DNA from: a bacterium
GTDB taxonomy: Bacteria > Zhuqueibacterota > Zhuqueibacteria > Residuimicrobiales > Krinioviventaceae
Direction of reading: 5' to 3'
NCBI GenBank assembly: GCA_963674595.2
Contig: CAXXFV010000018.1
Coordinates: forward strand, 32,001 to 96,000
DNA length: 64,000 nucleotides
Numbering within the stretch: position 1 is the stretch's first letter; each line of letters starts with the position of its first letter. The notes beneath the pieces are model-generated. The model saw only the letters and a program-made list of their open reading frames with translations, was not told where the DNA came from and did not search any database. Shown one piece after another: positions 1 through 8,783 of the stretch. Made by a program: the position numbers and the translations under genes.

Positions 1-477
1 GATATTATCTCCCAACATCTCAATATCGGAACCACTATGCATCTTTGCAGAATTTTCCAGAGCCAGAGTAACTTGATAATCATTACAAATATCCAGAACT
101 ATTTTTAAATTTTTAATTACGTTTTTCAACGTTTCCCGACGAAAATAATTCATTACCGTATGGCCGACAAAGCTGCCCAAATGCAGGGTAATGTGAGTAA
201 TCCCCAGTTTTGCACCAATTTTAATACTCTTAATGATGTGGTTTATGTGCTTTCGCTTTAAAAAAAATTCTGAATATCCAAGATTTAATGAAGAACCGGC
301 ATGAAAACTTGAACTAAATCCATGAGTTTGAAACAGGTACTGCAAATTTAAAATTCTGTTTTTGGTAAAAGTTTGCAGATGTGAATGGCGAGGTGTTAAA
401 TTGATTTCAAAATGCTGAATGTTATGGATTAAAGCATAATCAATACAATGTTCAACAGGTTCATCGTATACATTCAT
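1..477 (-). CDS. Sugar phosphate isomerase/epimerase (AP endonuclease 2 / xylose-isomerase-like TIM barrel), 5' part, runs off the window edge
   Basis: Not in the ORF track. Manual translation from ATG 477 is open to base 1: MNVYDEPVEHCIDYA...SFHAGSSLNLG...GAKLGITHITLHLG...VTLALEN, the typical H...TLH.G...LALEN metal-binding pattern. The start could be as far up as 507. Confidence 0.7.
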   Translation of the reverse strand, partial: MNVYDEPVEHCIDYALIHNIQHFEINLTPRHSHLQTFTKNRILNLQYLFQTHGFSSSFHAGSSLNLGYSEFFLKRKHINHIIKSIKIGAKLGITHITLHLGSFVGHTVMNYFRRETLKNVIKNLKIVLDICNDYQVTLALENSAKMHSGSDIEMLGDNI

Positions 478-624
478 AGCAAAACGATATGATGTTATTT
501 CAGACAGAATTTCACTCTATTTTTAGTAAATAACAAACATCATTTTAAAATATAATATGAATAAAAAAGAAAAAAAGCAATTGAATAAACAGGAATATCT
601 TTTAGTTTTTTTTTAACATAGTGC

Positions 625-653
625 TTGATTGAATAAAATTCATTTTGTATATT
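625..653 (+). promoter_or_regulatory. Putative sigma70 promoter for the DUF4212/symporter genes
   Basis: TTGATT-17 nt-TATATT with TG directly before the -10 box. Confidence 0.5.
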
Positions 654-715
654 TCGCATTATTTAGGGGACAGCTAATTCCGACCACTTGATTACAAAAC
701 GCAAGGAGAGACACT

Positions 716-1420
716 GTGGAAAAGACTGCACACGTGAAGGTGAATTTTTTCAAACCAATCACAGAGCACGCCAAATCAAACATGAAGCTCATTATCACTC
801 TCGCTATCATCTGGGCTGTTGCTGTTTTTGGATTTCAGATTCTGCTCATCGCTTTAAACAAACCGGTTCCTGAGGAAAATTTTTCAAAATTTGAAAAAAT
901 TTGGCCTGAAATTGCTGATGGGACAAATGAGGACACGCTGGTAAAGCAGGAAATGAGCAACATTGTATTATCGGTTCTCGGAAAAAACATTGCACTGAAA
1001 CAACCTCACAAGGATGTTTTAAAACTCACTATCTCCAAATTAATCATTGATCTTTTGCCTGAAGAACAAAAGAGTTTGTTCGCTCAAGATCCCCTTGGTT
1101 TCCTGGCCGGAAATGATTTACATGAAATTTTAGGACTGGAAAAAGACGGACTTGATAAACTGAGGTATGATCTGTTACCCGAATCTTTGGTGAGTGTGGA
1201 AAACGCTGATTTTACACCAGAGATAAAAGAACAAATCCCTTCAATTATGCAACTTTATCTTGTACATAATCGTAGTTTTTTAACTGATTTTTCCTTTATA
1301 GGATTTCCTTTTCATTATTGGTACACGGCGCAATTCTTATTGATCATGTTTGTCGTGTTATGCATCATTTACGCGGTTGCAATTGACAAACTACACAAAA
1401 AACATAACATTGATGAATAA
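716..1420 (+). CDS. DUF4212-family small symporter-associated membrane protein with a large central insertion
   Basis: N-terminal TM (IWAVAVFGFQ) and C-terminal GFPFHYWYTAQFLLIMFVVLCIIYA; GGAG RBS; directly upstream of an SSF symporter. Confidence 0.75.
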   Translation: MEKTAHVKVNFFKPITEHAKSNMKLIITLAIIWAVAVFGFQILLIALNKPVPEENFSKFEKIWPEIADGTNEDTLVKQEMSNIVLSVLGKNIALKQPHKDVLKLTISKLIIDLLPEEQKSLFAQDPLGFLAGNDLHEILGLEKDGLDKLRYDLLPESLVSVENADFTPEIKEQIPSIMQLYLVHNRSFLTDFSFIGFPFHYWYTAQFLLIMFVVLCIIYAVAIDKLHKKHNIDE

Positions 1421-1448
1421 AACCAGTCCAAAATAAAAGGAGATTCCT

Positions 1449-3128
1449 ATGTTACGAAAATCGAGTTTATTAGCCATACTATTGATCTTGTGTTTATCCT
1501 TACCAATTTTGGCAAGTTCAGCCGGTGTAACCAAGTTGGAAGGTGATTTCAAAGTTGGGCCGGCAATTTTACTTATTATCATTCTTGTTACATTTGTTTT
1601 AATTGGCGTTTTTAATCGTGCAAAAGATACATCAACCTATTGGGCGGCCGGTCGAAAAATTTCACCGGTTGGGGCCGGTATGGCCATAGCCTCGAACTGG
1701 ATGAGCGCGGCGTCATTCTTAGGTATGGCCGCCATTATGTATGCATCCGGTTATCACGGTCTGTCCTACGTTGTCGGTTGGACAGGCGGGTATGTATTAT
1801 TACTTATTCTCATGGCAGGCCAAATCAGACGTTATGGGAAATATACTGCGGCAGACTTTATTGGCGACCGCTACTATTCCAAAGGTTTGCGTGGATTTGG
1901 TGCGTCACTTGCTATTTTTATCTCTTTCTCCTATTGTGTAGGCCAGTTTGCCGGTATTGGTATTATGTTTAAATGGGTTATGGGAATTGATTATACCTGG
2001 GCTGTACTTATCGGCGCATCGGTTGTGTTGGCATATACACTTATTTCCGGTATGCTCGGGGTAACCAAAAATATGCAGGTCCAGTATGTCATTATTATTG
2101 TATCCTTTATGATTCCATTGTTCATATTGACTTATAAATTTGGCTATTTCTGGCTCGTACCACAGGTTGGTTATGGTCAGGTTGTTACGGATGCTGTAAA
2201 TGGTCTGGCCCCCGGTAAAGGATTATCAGCCCTGGGTCATGATTTTGGAATATTACCCTCACCGGAATTTGCCATGCCCTGGGACCCGGCAACGGGTCAA
2301 ACCGCTTTTCAATGGATTGCTATTTGTTTTTCACTTATGATTGGAACAGCCGGATTACCCCACGTTATTCAACGATTTTATGTTGTGCCCAAAGCCCGGG
2401 ACGCACGATGGTCTGTTGTTTGGGGACTTTTCTTTATTTGTCTTTTATACTGGAGCGCACCCGTTTATTCAGTATTTGGCAAAATATTGTCTTCCAATCC
2501 GGAAGTTGGTGCATTAGCCAAAGATGCTATTGTGGTTTATACAGCTCAACTGGGATCAGTTTTCCCACTGATTGTTGGACTCCTTGCGGCAGGCGCTATT
2601 TCAGCCGCATTTTCAACAGTTTCCGGTCTGCTGGTTGCCGGTGCTTCAGCTTTTTCCCATGATCTTTATTATAAAACAATAAATCCAAACGCAACAGAAC
2701 ACACACAAATGCTTATGGCGCGTATCGGAACAATTTTAATGGCGGCATCTGTGGCTATTGTCGCTTTGTTAAAACTGGGTTTAATCGCACAACTTGTTGC
2801 CATTGCCTTTTCATTGGCCGGTTGTACCATTTTTCCGCTATTCCTATTAGGAATCTGGTGGGGTGGTTCCAACAGAACAGGTGCCTGGGCCGGTTTGTTG
2901 GCCGGTTCTGCTGTTGCGCTTGTTGCTTTGGTTTATTTTATTGTCGGAAAATATGGCGGAAATTTACCAGCACAAGAATTTATCAACTATTATTTAAATG
3001 CCTGGTATTTTGCATGGCTGGGTGCCCCGCTGGCAATCATTGTTAATATTGTTGTGTCACTTTTGAGCCGGGCAAAAACACCAGAAGATATTCAACAATT
3101 TCTCGCTGAAAAAGTACACAATGCTTAA
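1449..3128 (+). CDS. Sodium:solute symporter, ActP/VC_2705-like cation/monocarboxylate subfamily
   Basis: YWAAGR, GMAIASNWMSAASFLG, GTAGLPHVIQRFY, AAFSTVSGLL motifs; many TM helices. Confidence 0.9.
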   Translation: MLRKSSLLAILLILCLSLPILASSAGVTKLEGDFKVGPAILLIIILVTFVLIGVFNRAKDTSTYWAAGRKISPVGAGMAIASNWMSAASFLGMAAIMYASGYHGLSYVVGWTGGYVLLLILMAGQIRRYGKYTAADFIGDRYYSKGLRGFGASLAIFISFSYCVGQFAGIGIMFKWVMGIDYTWAVLIGASVVLAYTLISGMLGVTKNMQVQYVIIIVSFMIPLFILTYKFGYFWLVPQVGYGQVVTDAVNGLAPGKGLSALGHDFGILPSPEFAMPWDPATGQTAFQWIAICFSLMIGTAGLPHVIQRFYVVPKARDARWSVVWGLFFICLLYWSAPVYSVFGKILSSNPEVGALAKDAIVVYTAQLGSVFPLIVGLLAAGAISAAFSTVSGLLVAGASAFSHDLYYKTINPNATEHTQMLMARIGTILMAASVAIVALLKLGLIAQLVAIAFSLAGCTIFPLFLLGIWWGGSNRTGAWAGLLAGSAVALVALVYFIVGKYGGNLPAQEFINYYLNAWYFAWLGAPLAIIVNIVVSLLSRAKTPEDIQQFLAEKVHNA

Positions 3129-3135
3129 ATATATG

Positions 3136-3164
3136 TGCCCTTAATGCGTTAAGGGCATTTTTTT
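3136..3164 (+). terminator. Rho-independent terminator
   Basis: TGCCCTTAA-TGCG-TTAAGGGCA followed by T7. Confidence 0.75.
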
Positions 3165-3214
3165 CACGAGTTATGTATAATTAGTAACAAAAAAATATTT
3201 CGGAGGTGGCTACA

Positions 3215-4435
3215 ATGAAAAAATTTTTAATACTCTGTTTTTTTATGTCGTTTCTCCTGACGGGTCTAGCATTAGGGCAAGCGGCAGATCAGGACTTTGG
3301 AATAAAATTCAGCGGCTATGTAAAAACCGACTTTATGTTTGACAGCAGACAAACCGTTTCTGCGCGTGAAGGCCACTTTTTGCTCTATCCTGCCCCTGAA
3401 TCAAAAGACCAAAATGGTGATGATAAAAATGCCGTACCCAATCTTAATATACTGGCCGTGCAAACCCGCTTAAAAGGCACCATTACCGGTCCGGATGCTT
3501 TTGGCGCCAAAACCGGCGGAGCCATTGAGGCTGCGTTTTTTGGACATTCAAATAGTGATGTCAACGGTTTTCGGCTTCGTCATGCTTTTTTAACATTAAA
3601 ATGGACAAATAAAACATTATTAATGGGTCAGTTTTGGCACCCCATGTTTGTAACCGATTGTTTTCCCGGCACTGTTTCCTTTAACACAGGTATGCCTTTT
3701 CAACCCTTTTCGCGAAATCCGCAAATTAGGTTGACACAATCAGCCGGCAACCTTAATATTATGATTGCCGCCATTGCCCAAAGAGATTTTACAAGTACAG
3801 GACCTGACGGAACAAGTTCCAATTACTTGAGAAATGCAGCTATCCCGAACATGCATTTACAACTGCAAGTTAAAAATGAAAAATCTGTTGTAGGCGCCGG
3901 TGTTGATTGGAAAACATTAAAACCACGTTTGACAACATCGCTGGGATACAAGTCAACATCAAGAGTAAACAGCCTGTCTTTTATTGGATATGCACGGATC
4001 AATCTGCCCAAGATAACCTGGAAAGTTGAAGGTGTTTATGGTCAAAATTTGACAGACCATTTAATGCTCGGAGGTTATGCCGTTGAAACCGTTGATGCAA
4101 AAACAAAAGAAGAAACATATATGCCGACAAAATTATATTCACTATGGACGGATATTTCCGGCGGTAAAAAAGTGGGACTAGGCTGCTTTGCAGGTATTCA
4201 AAAAAACCTGGGAACGGACAAACAACTTTTGGATATTTGGGGCAGAGGTACGGATATTGACATGTTATATCGTATTTCTCCGCGAATTATGTGGAACTCT
4301 GGGAAAACACGGTTTGCTGTCGAATGTGAATATACAGGCGCCAGTTACGGATCTATGGATGAAAAAGGTAAGGTACAAGATGCGGAATTCGTCAACAATC
4401 TGAGAATGCTGTTCGGCGCTTATTACTTTTTTTAG
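3215..4435 (+). CDS. DcaP-like outer-membrane porin
   Basis: Signal peptide, FSGYVKTD, FRLRHAF, LLMGQFWHP, RNPQIR, C-terminal YYFF; ATG 3215 follows GGAGG. Confidence 0.75.
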   Translation: MKKFLILCFFMSFLLTGLALGQAADQDFGIKFSGYVKTDFMFDSRQTVSAREGHFLLYPAPESKDQNGDDKNAVPNLNILAVQTRLKGTITGPDAFGAKTGGAIEAAFFGHSNSDVNGFRLRHAFLTLKWTNKTLLMGQFWHPMFVTDCFPGTVSFNTGMPFQPFSRNPQIRLTQSAGNLNIMIAAIAQRDFTSTGPDGTSSNYLRNAAIPNMHLQLQVKNEKSVVGAGVDWKTLKPRLTTSLGYKSTSRVNSLSFIGYARINLPKITWKVEGVYGQNLTDHLMLGGYAVETVDAKTKEETYMPTKLYSLWTDISGGKKVGLGCFAGIQKNLGTDKQLLDIWGRGTDIDMLYRISPRIMWNSGKTRFAVECEYTGASYGSMDEKGKVQDAEFVNNLRMLFGAYYFF

Positions 4436-4451
4436 AAAATTTTAAATATTT

Positions 4452-4500
4452 TAATAAAAAAATCCTCATTTTTTTTTCAATTTTGAGGATTTTTTTATTA
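4452..4500. terminator. Hairpin terminator (AATCCTCA...TGAGGATT family)
   Basis: Perfect 17-bp inverted repeat TAATAAAAAAATCCTCA / TGAGGATTTTTTTATTA. Confidence 0.65.
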
Positions 4501-4660
4501 AACAAAATTAAAAATCATTATATTTTAGGCGAAATAGAAATTATTCATTACTTTTGAAAATTTAATGGATAACAACATTTGCTGCCCAAAATATGGTAAA
4601 AAATATGCGGACATAATTGCAAAAACGAATGGTCACCCTTAATTGGTGGGAGGATAATTT

Positions 4661-5203
4661 TTGGAAACATTCATTACAGAAAAAAAATTGGTTAATAATC
4701 CGGATTTTGTAAAGCAAAAAGAAAAATGCCTGTCCGGTTTAACAGATGACATGATCGATAGACCAATTCTTAATCTCGTCAATAAACTAAACAGACTATC
4801 TTTTTGTTTCACACTGCAAAGTTGTTATGGGCATTTCGTTTATAAAGGACAAAATGAGCCGGCTAACCTTGAGCCTCTGCCGTCAATATCAGATATTGAA
4901 AAAGTCGAGTACCGGATTGCCTATCTTGCTCTTTGTTTAGAAAACAGCGAGTCCGGGAAAACCTTTTTACAGGAATTAAAAGGCTTGGAGCAAATTGATC
5001 CTCAAAATATTCAATTCGGCAGTGCCGTGTGGTTTTGGCAAAGACAGATCAATTCCTATGCGATTCAGGTTGAACCTGACAAATATAAAACCAGAGACAG
5101 CGTTATAATCGACTATCAGGAAGCTTTACGTATAGAAAAAACAAGAAACGAATTTTATAAACATTTGCGGATATGCCTTAACAAGTACTTTACTGAAAAT
5201 TAG
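4661..5203 (+). CDS. Hypothetical protein with TYW3-like N-terminal motif
   Basis: IDRPILNLVNKLNRL..CFTLQSCYGH resembles the TYW3 pattern ID..I..L...IN....Y.TTSSCSGR; TTG start after GGAGG. Confidence 0.45.
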   Translation: METFITEKKLVNNPDFVKQKEKCLSGLTDDMIDRPILNLVNKLNRLSFCFTLQSCYGHFVYKGQNEPANLEPLPSISDIEKVEYRIAYLALCLENSESGKTFLQELKGLEQIDPQNIQFGSAVWFWQRQINSYAIQVEPDKYKTRDSVIIDYQEALRIEKTRNEFYKHLRICLNKYFTEN

Positions 5204-5204
5204 A

Positions 5205-5792
5205 TTACGGCATCCAGTCGATAATGCCCTTTTCCGGTTGAGTTTTTTTCCACTGCTCAAAATCAGTATAATTTCGAATGCCTTGTTGAATCACTGCCTG
5301 ATATATTTCAATACCCATCACTTTTTCCCCGGGGGGAATGTCATTTTTAATCACCAGAATCGCATGTTTATATTCCGGTATTAAAACCGCGTTTATCCGG
5401 TCCGCAACCTTTTCAAACCAGCCGGCATAGGGCGATTCTTTTAAAATATGGATCATGTCTATCTGCCATAATTTATCATCATTGTCCAGATACCATGCAT
5501 GCCATTCAACGCACAATTCTTCGGTTTCAAGCTGATTCCTGTATTCAACCCTCTTAATTCGCGGATTCTGTGCAATTTGTGCGATGGCGGCAAAACTGTC
5601 TGTGATGGAAAAATTATCCGAATAGATATGAAAATCAATATCCAAATTGTTCATCAACAATCCGGTTTTTAAAGACCCAACCAGATTGACCTGAGCGCCA
5701 AAAGATTCCCATGCTTCAATAATTTGTGTTTCCCGGATAATATCCCAGGCACGTTTTTGGTTTTGTTTTGAAATTTTTAAAAGATTATCCAT
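5205..5792 (-). CDS. Pol-beta-type nucleotidyltransferase domain protein
   Basis: LVGS.......DIDFH motif and a downstream WQIDMI third Asp. Confidence 0.65.
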   Translation of the reverse strand: MDNLLKISKQNQKRAWDIIRETQIIEAWESFGAQVNLVGSLKTGLLMNNLDIDFHIYSDNFSITDSFAAIAQIAQNPRIKRVEYRNQLETEELCVEWHAWYLDNDDKLWQIDMIHILKESPYAGWFEKVADRINAVLIPEYKHAILVIKNDIPPGEKVMGIEIYQAVIQQGIRNYTDFEQWKKTQPEKGIIDWMP

Positions 5793-5922
5793 ACATACCT
5801 TTCCGTGTTAAAAATCCAAAGCATAAAATGTACAAATAAAATCCACAAAAATCTCATTTTTTTTCGACACCCGGTATTGTCATTTTAAAAAAAATATTAA
5901 TCGGCCCTGTATCCATATCTTA

Positions 5923-6570
5923 TTAGAAATGTTTTTTCTTTTTATAGATATAATAAATTTCATTATCTATATATTTAAAACCGGTATTTGTCGGTTTTAA
6001 TTTTGATGTTCCTTTGGTTGTTATATTGTTTTCAATTCGATATTTCCCATTTACACATCGAATTTGATGCAGTAATTCATAGTCCTGATGTTTCACAACC
6101 GAATCATGATCCGAGAACAGACTGGTTGTTAATATCAATCCATTCGGTTTAATATAGTGCTCACAAAATTCTATCAGCCGGCCACTAAAAAGGGACAATA
6201 ACAGGTCAAAGGAATTTTCTCGTAAATCCAGTTCCTGAGTAAAATCCTTATTTATAAATTTCCAATAAGCAATTTCCCTGTATATTTTGTATTGGTCAAT
6301 TAAAGATGAAACGTTGGCCGGATGATTAAAAAAATCAATCGATTGACGGCACTTGTCCACATAGACAATATGTTTAAAATAAAAGGACGGTGTTATGTGG
6401 ACCAAACAGCCCGGATACAGGACCGTTTCTGGATTGAACTGTTTTTTTATCAATTCAAACAATCCTTTGCGTTCAAATCCCGTGGACTGGTAAATGTAAT
6501 AGTACTGATCCTGAACAGCGGCTGGTTTCACAGATCTGTTTATATTTTGATTCAGGTCCATCTTAGTCAA
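5923..6570 (-). CDS. Class I SAM-dependent methyltransferase-like protein
   Basis: VLYPGC, VYVD, SFDLLLS, IKPNGLIL elements. Confidence 0.55.
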   Translation of the reverse strand: MTKMDLNQNINRSVKPAAVQDQYYYIYQSTGFERKGLFELIKKQFNPETVLYPGCLVHITPSFYFKHIVYVDKCRQSIDFFNHPANVSSLIDQYKIYREIAYWKFINKDFTQELDLRENSFDLLLSLFSGRLIEFCEHYIKPNGLILTTSLFSDHDSVVKHQDYELLHQIRCVNGKYRIENNITTKGTSKLKPTNTGFKYIDNEIYYIYKKKKHF

Positions 6571-7291
6571 CCTTTTGCCCTACCAGGGTATTCATTCCAT
6601 TAATAATGTCGTTATAAATTATATTGAATCCGTTAATAGTCAACAGGTCTGAAATCATCTCCCCGGTGACACGCACCTTAAAATAGGAGCTTTTTTTAAA
6701 AATCCAGACACCGGATTCTTTTTCATACAGTAAATCTGTGACTCTTACTTTTCTTTCAAAATATTCTATAAAGCAGGTCAAAATTCGCTGCGGATCGCTT
6801 TTTACCGGGATAAAACGATTCGTATCGCTCAATTCCTGACTATAATCTCTAAAGGACAAGATAATTTTTCCACTTGGAATCAGAGTTTGGTAGATATGAC
6901 TCAAGGTTTGTGATATGTCGGATTCAGAATCGAGATGTGAGATGGTATCACCGCAGCAGACAATGAGTTCGGGATTTTTATCTTTATAATATAGTACATT
7001 CTGCAAATCATCGTTGATGATTTCAATAGGGAGTGTTTTTTTATACCCGGCAATTTCGGTTAACAAGTGTTCATTAAAATCAATGGCCGTTACGCTGAAT
7101 CCTATTTTCGCCAAAGCGACAGATTGGATGCCGTTTCCGGCGCCCAAATCAAGGGCCGCACCGGTATACTGCGGAAGGATTTGTTGACTCGTGCAAAATT
7201 CAATAAACTTGTTTTTGTGTGATTCAAAATCACCCAGCATCCAGGAATAAAAAAATCCAAGGTGAGAATCATAGTGTTGTTTGACTGTCAT
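6563..7291 (-). CDS. Class I SAM-dependent methyltransferase
   Basis: ALDLGAGNG motif I, VTAIDF, LIPSGKIIL. Confidence 0.85.
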   Translation of the reverse strand: MTVKQHYDSHLGFFYSWMLGDFESHKNKFIEFCTSQQILPQYTGAALDLGAGNGIQSVALAKIGFSVTAIDFNEHLLTEIAGYKKTLPIEIINDDLQNVLYYKDKNPELIVCCGDTISHLDSESDISQTLSHIYQTLIPSGKIILSFRDYSQELSDTNRFIPVKSDPQRILTCFIEYFERKVRVTDLLYEKESGVWIFKKSSYFKVRVTGEMISDLLTINGFNIIYNDIINGMNTLVGQKVD

Positions 7292-7585
7292 AAAAGTCTC
7301 TGTGTTTTTAGAGTGACCTGTTATCTTTACTAATTTAGAAAGAGATATTTAAAGGGCAATGAAAAATTTACAAAAAACAAAGGAGAATATTATGTCATCC
7401 CTTCGGGATTTAGTCTTCTAAAATTTCAGGGGTATAACAAATTTATATCTTAAGGATTGCGGGTGAATAAAAGTCGGGATTACAATACTTTTATTCCTTA
7501 TAGATTGGTTTAGGTTGAATTTATAAGTATAAATTGTTATTTCCCGGGACGAATTTATTGCGATGGGACCTGGTAGTCATAAAAA

Positions 7586-7617
7586 AATCCTCAGAGGTTT
7601 AACAACCTTTGAGGATT
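7586..7617 (-). terminator. Hairpin terminator downstream of TerC (end of the long minus-strand operon)
   Basis: AATCCTCAGAGGTT-TAAC-AACCTTTGAGGATT preceded by an A-run (T-run on minus). Confidence 0.6.
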
Positions 7618-7805
7618 AGGGTTTAATGTGTGTCGATATAAATATATTAAATTACGAAATATCTTTTGTAAGATAAAAGATTAAACTACATTTTGCAAAA
7701 CATATCACAGATAACAATTCTTTTATACCTGCCAATAGCCCCCTATAAATATATATTGTGGTTTTGTTTTTATATTATGTTGCTTGTAAAAATCAAGTCA
7801 ACATA

Positions 7806-8762
7806 TTATTTTTTATTGTCCCCGAATTTTATTGATGCCAAAACTCCAACCGCCAGTGCCGCACAAATAATGACCAGCGAAACCGTTACAGGAATATGAC
7901 AACAGAGCGACAGTATCATTTTCAGCCCTATATAGGCGAGAATAAAAATAAGGCTTAGCTTCAAATATTTGAACTTGTATATCAGCGAAGCCAGAACAAA
8001 ATACAAAGACCGGAGTCCGAGTATGGCAAAAACATTTGACGTAAAGATAAGATAGGGGTCCGTAGTAATGGCAAAAATCGCCGGAATAGAATCTACGGCA
8101 AAAACAACATCCATACTTTCAATTAAAAGTAACACAAGAAACAGGGGCGTAACAGCCGCAGCACCATTCATTTTCACAAAGAATTTTTCACCCTGAAAGT
8201 CTCCAGTTACCCGCATATATCGCCTGGCGAGTTTTAACAATACATTTTTTTCAGGGTGCACGCTTTCATCCTTTTTAAACAGCATTTTCACGGCCGTAAT
8301 GATCAGGAATACACCGAATACAATAATCATCCATGAAAAACGCTGCACCAGGGCTGTACCGAGCAGAATCATAAAACCCCGCATGATCAAAGCGCCCAAA
8401 ATGCCCCAGAACAAGACCCGGTGTTGATATAAAGCAGGTACCTGAAAATAGGAAAAAATCATGGCGATAACAAAAATATTGTCCAGACTGAGAGATTTTT
8501 CAACAAGATAACCGGTAAAAAAGAACAATGCCGCTGTTTTTCCGGACAGCGTTCCCGTCGCACTTGTTCCTATATGCAGCCAATGGTGCTGATAGGCAAA
8601 ATAGATAAAAACATTAAACAGCAACGCCAGAAAAATCCAAAACACTGTCCACAACAGCGCTTCACGGGTATGGATAACATGGGTTTTACGGTGAAATACC
8701 CCCAAATCCAGGGCCAGCAAAAGTACAACCAGAACTAAAAAACCGATCCAAAACAGCAGCAT
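7806..8762 (-). CDS. TerC/Alx family membrane protein
   Basis: LALDLGVF, EKSLSLDNIFV, QHRVLFWGILGA, DVVFAVDSIPA, TSNVFAILGLRSLYF. Confidence 0.92.
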   Translation of the reverse strand: MLLFWIGFLVLVVLLLALDLGVFHRKTHVIHTREALLWTVFWIFLALLFNVFIYFAYQHHWLHIGTSATGTLSGKTAALFFFTGYLVEKSLSLDNIFVIAMIFSYFQVPALYQHRVLFWGILGALIMRGFMILLGTALVQRFSWMIIVFGVFLIITAVKMLFKKDESVHPEKNVLLKLARRYMRVTGDFQGEKFFVKMNGAAAVTPLFLVLLLIESMDVVFAVDSIPAIFAITTDPYLIFTSNVFAILGLRSLYFVLASLIYKFKYLKLSLIFILAYIGLKMILSLCCHIPVTVSLVIICAALAVGVLASIKFGDNKK

Positions 8763-8783
8763 ATTTACTCCGAAAACATTTAG

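Noticed and set aside
297-313. Sigma54-like CGGCATG...TTGA upstream of the symporter
   Set aside because: Wrong -24/-12 spacing, and it lies inside the minus-strand TIM-barrel CDS.
7292-7805. Intergenic region with small hairpins (ATCCCTTCGGGAT) and a 68-aa ORF at 7693-7899
   Set aside because: No recognisable ncRNA; the ORF is antisense overlap with TerC and low complexity.
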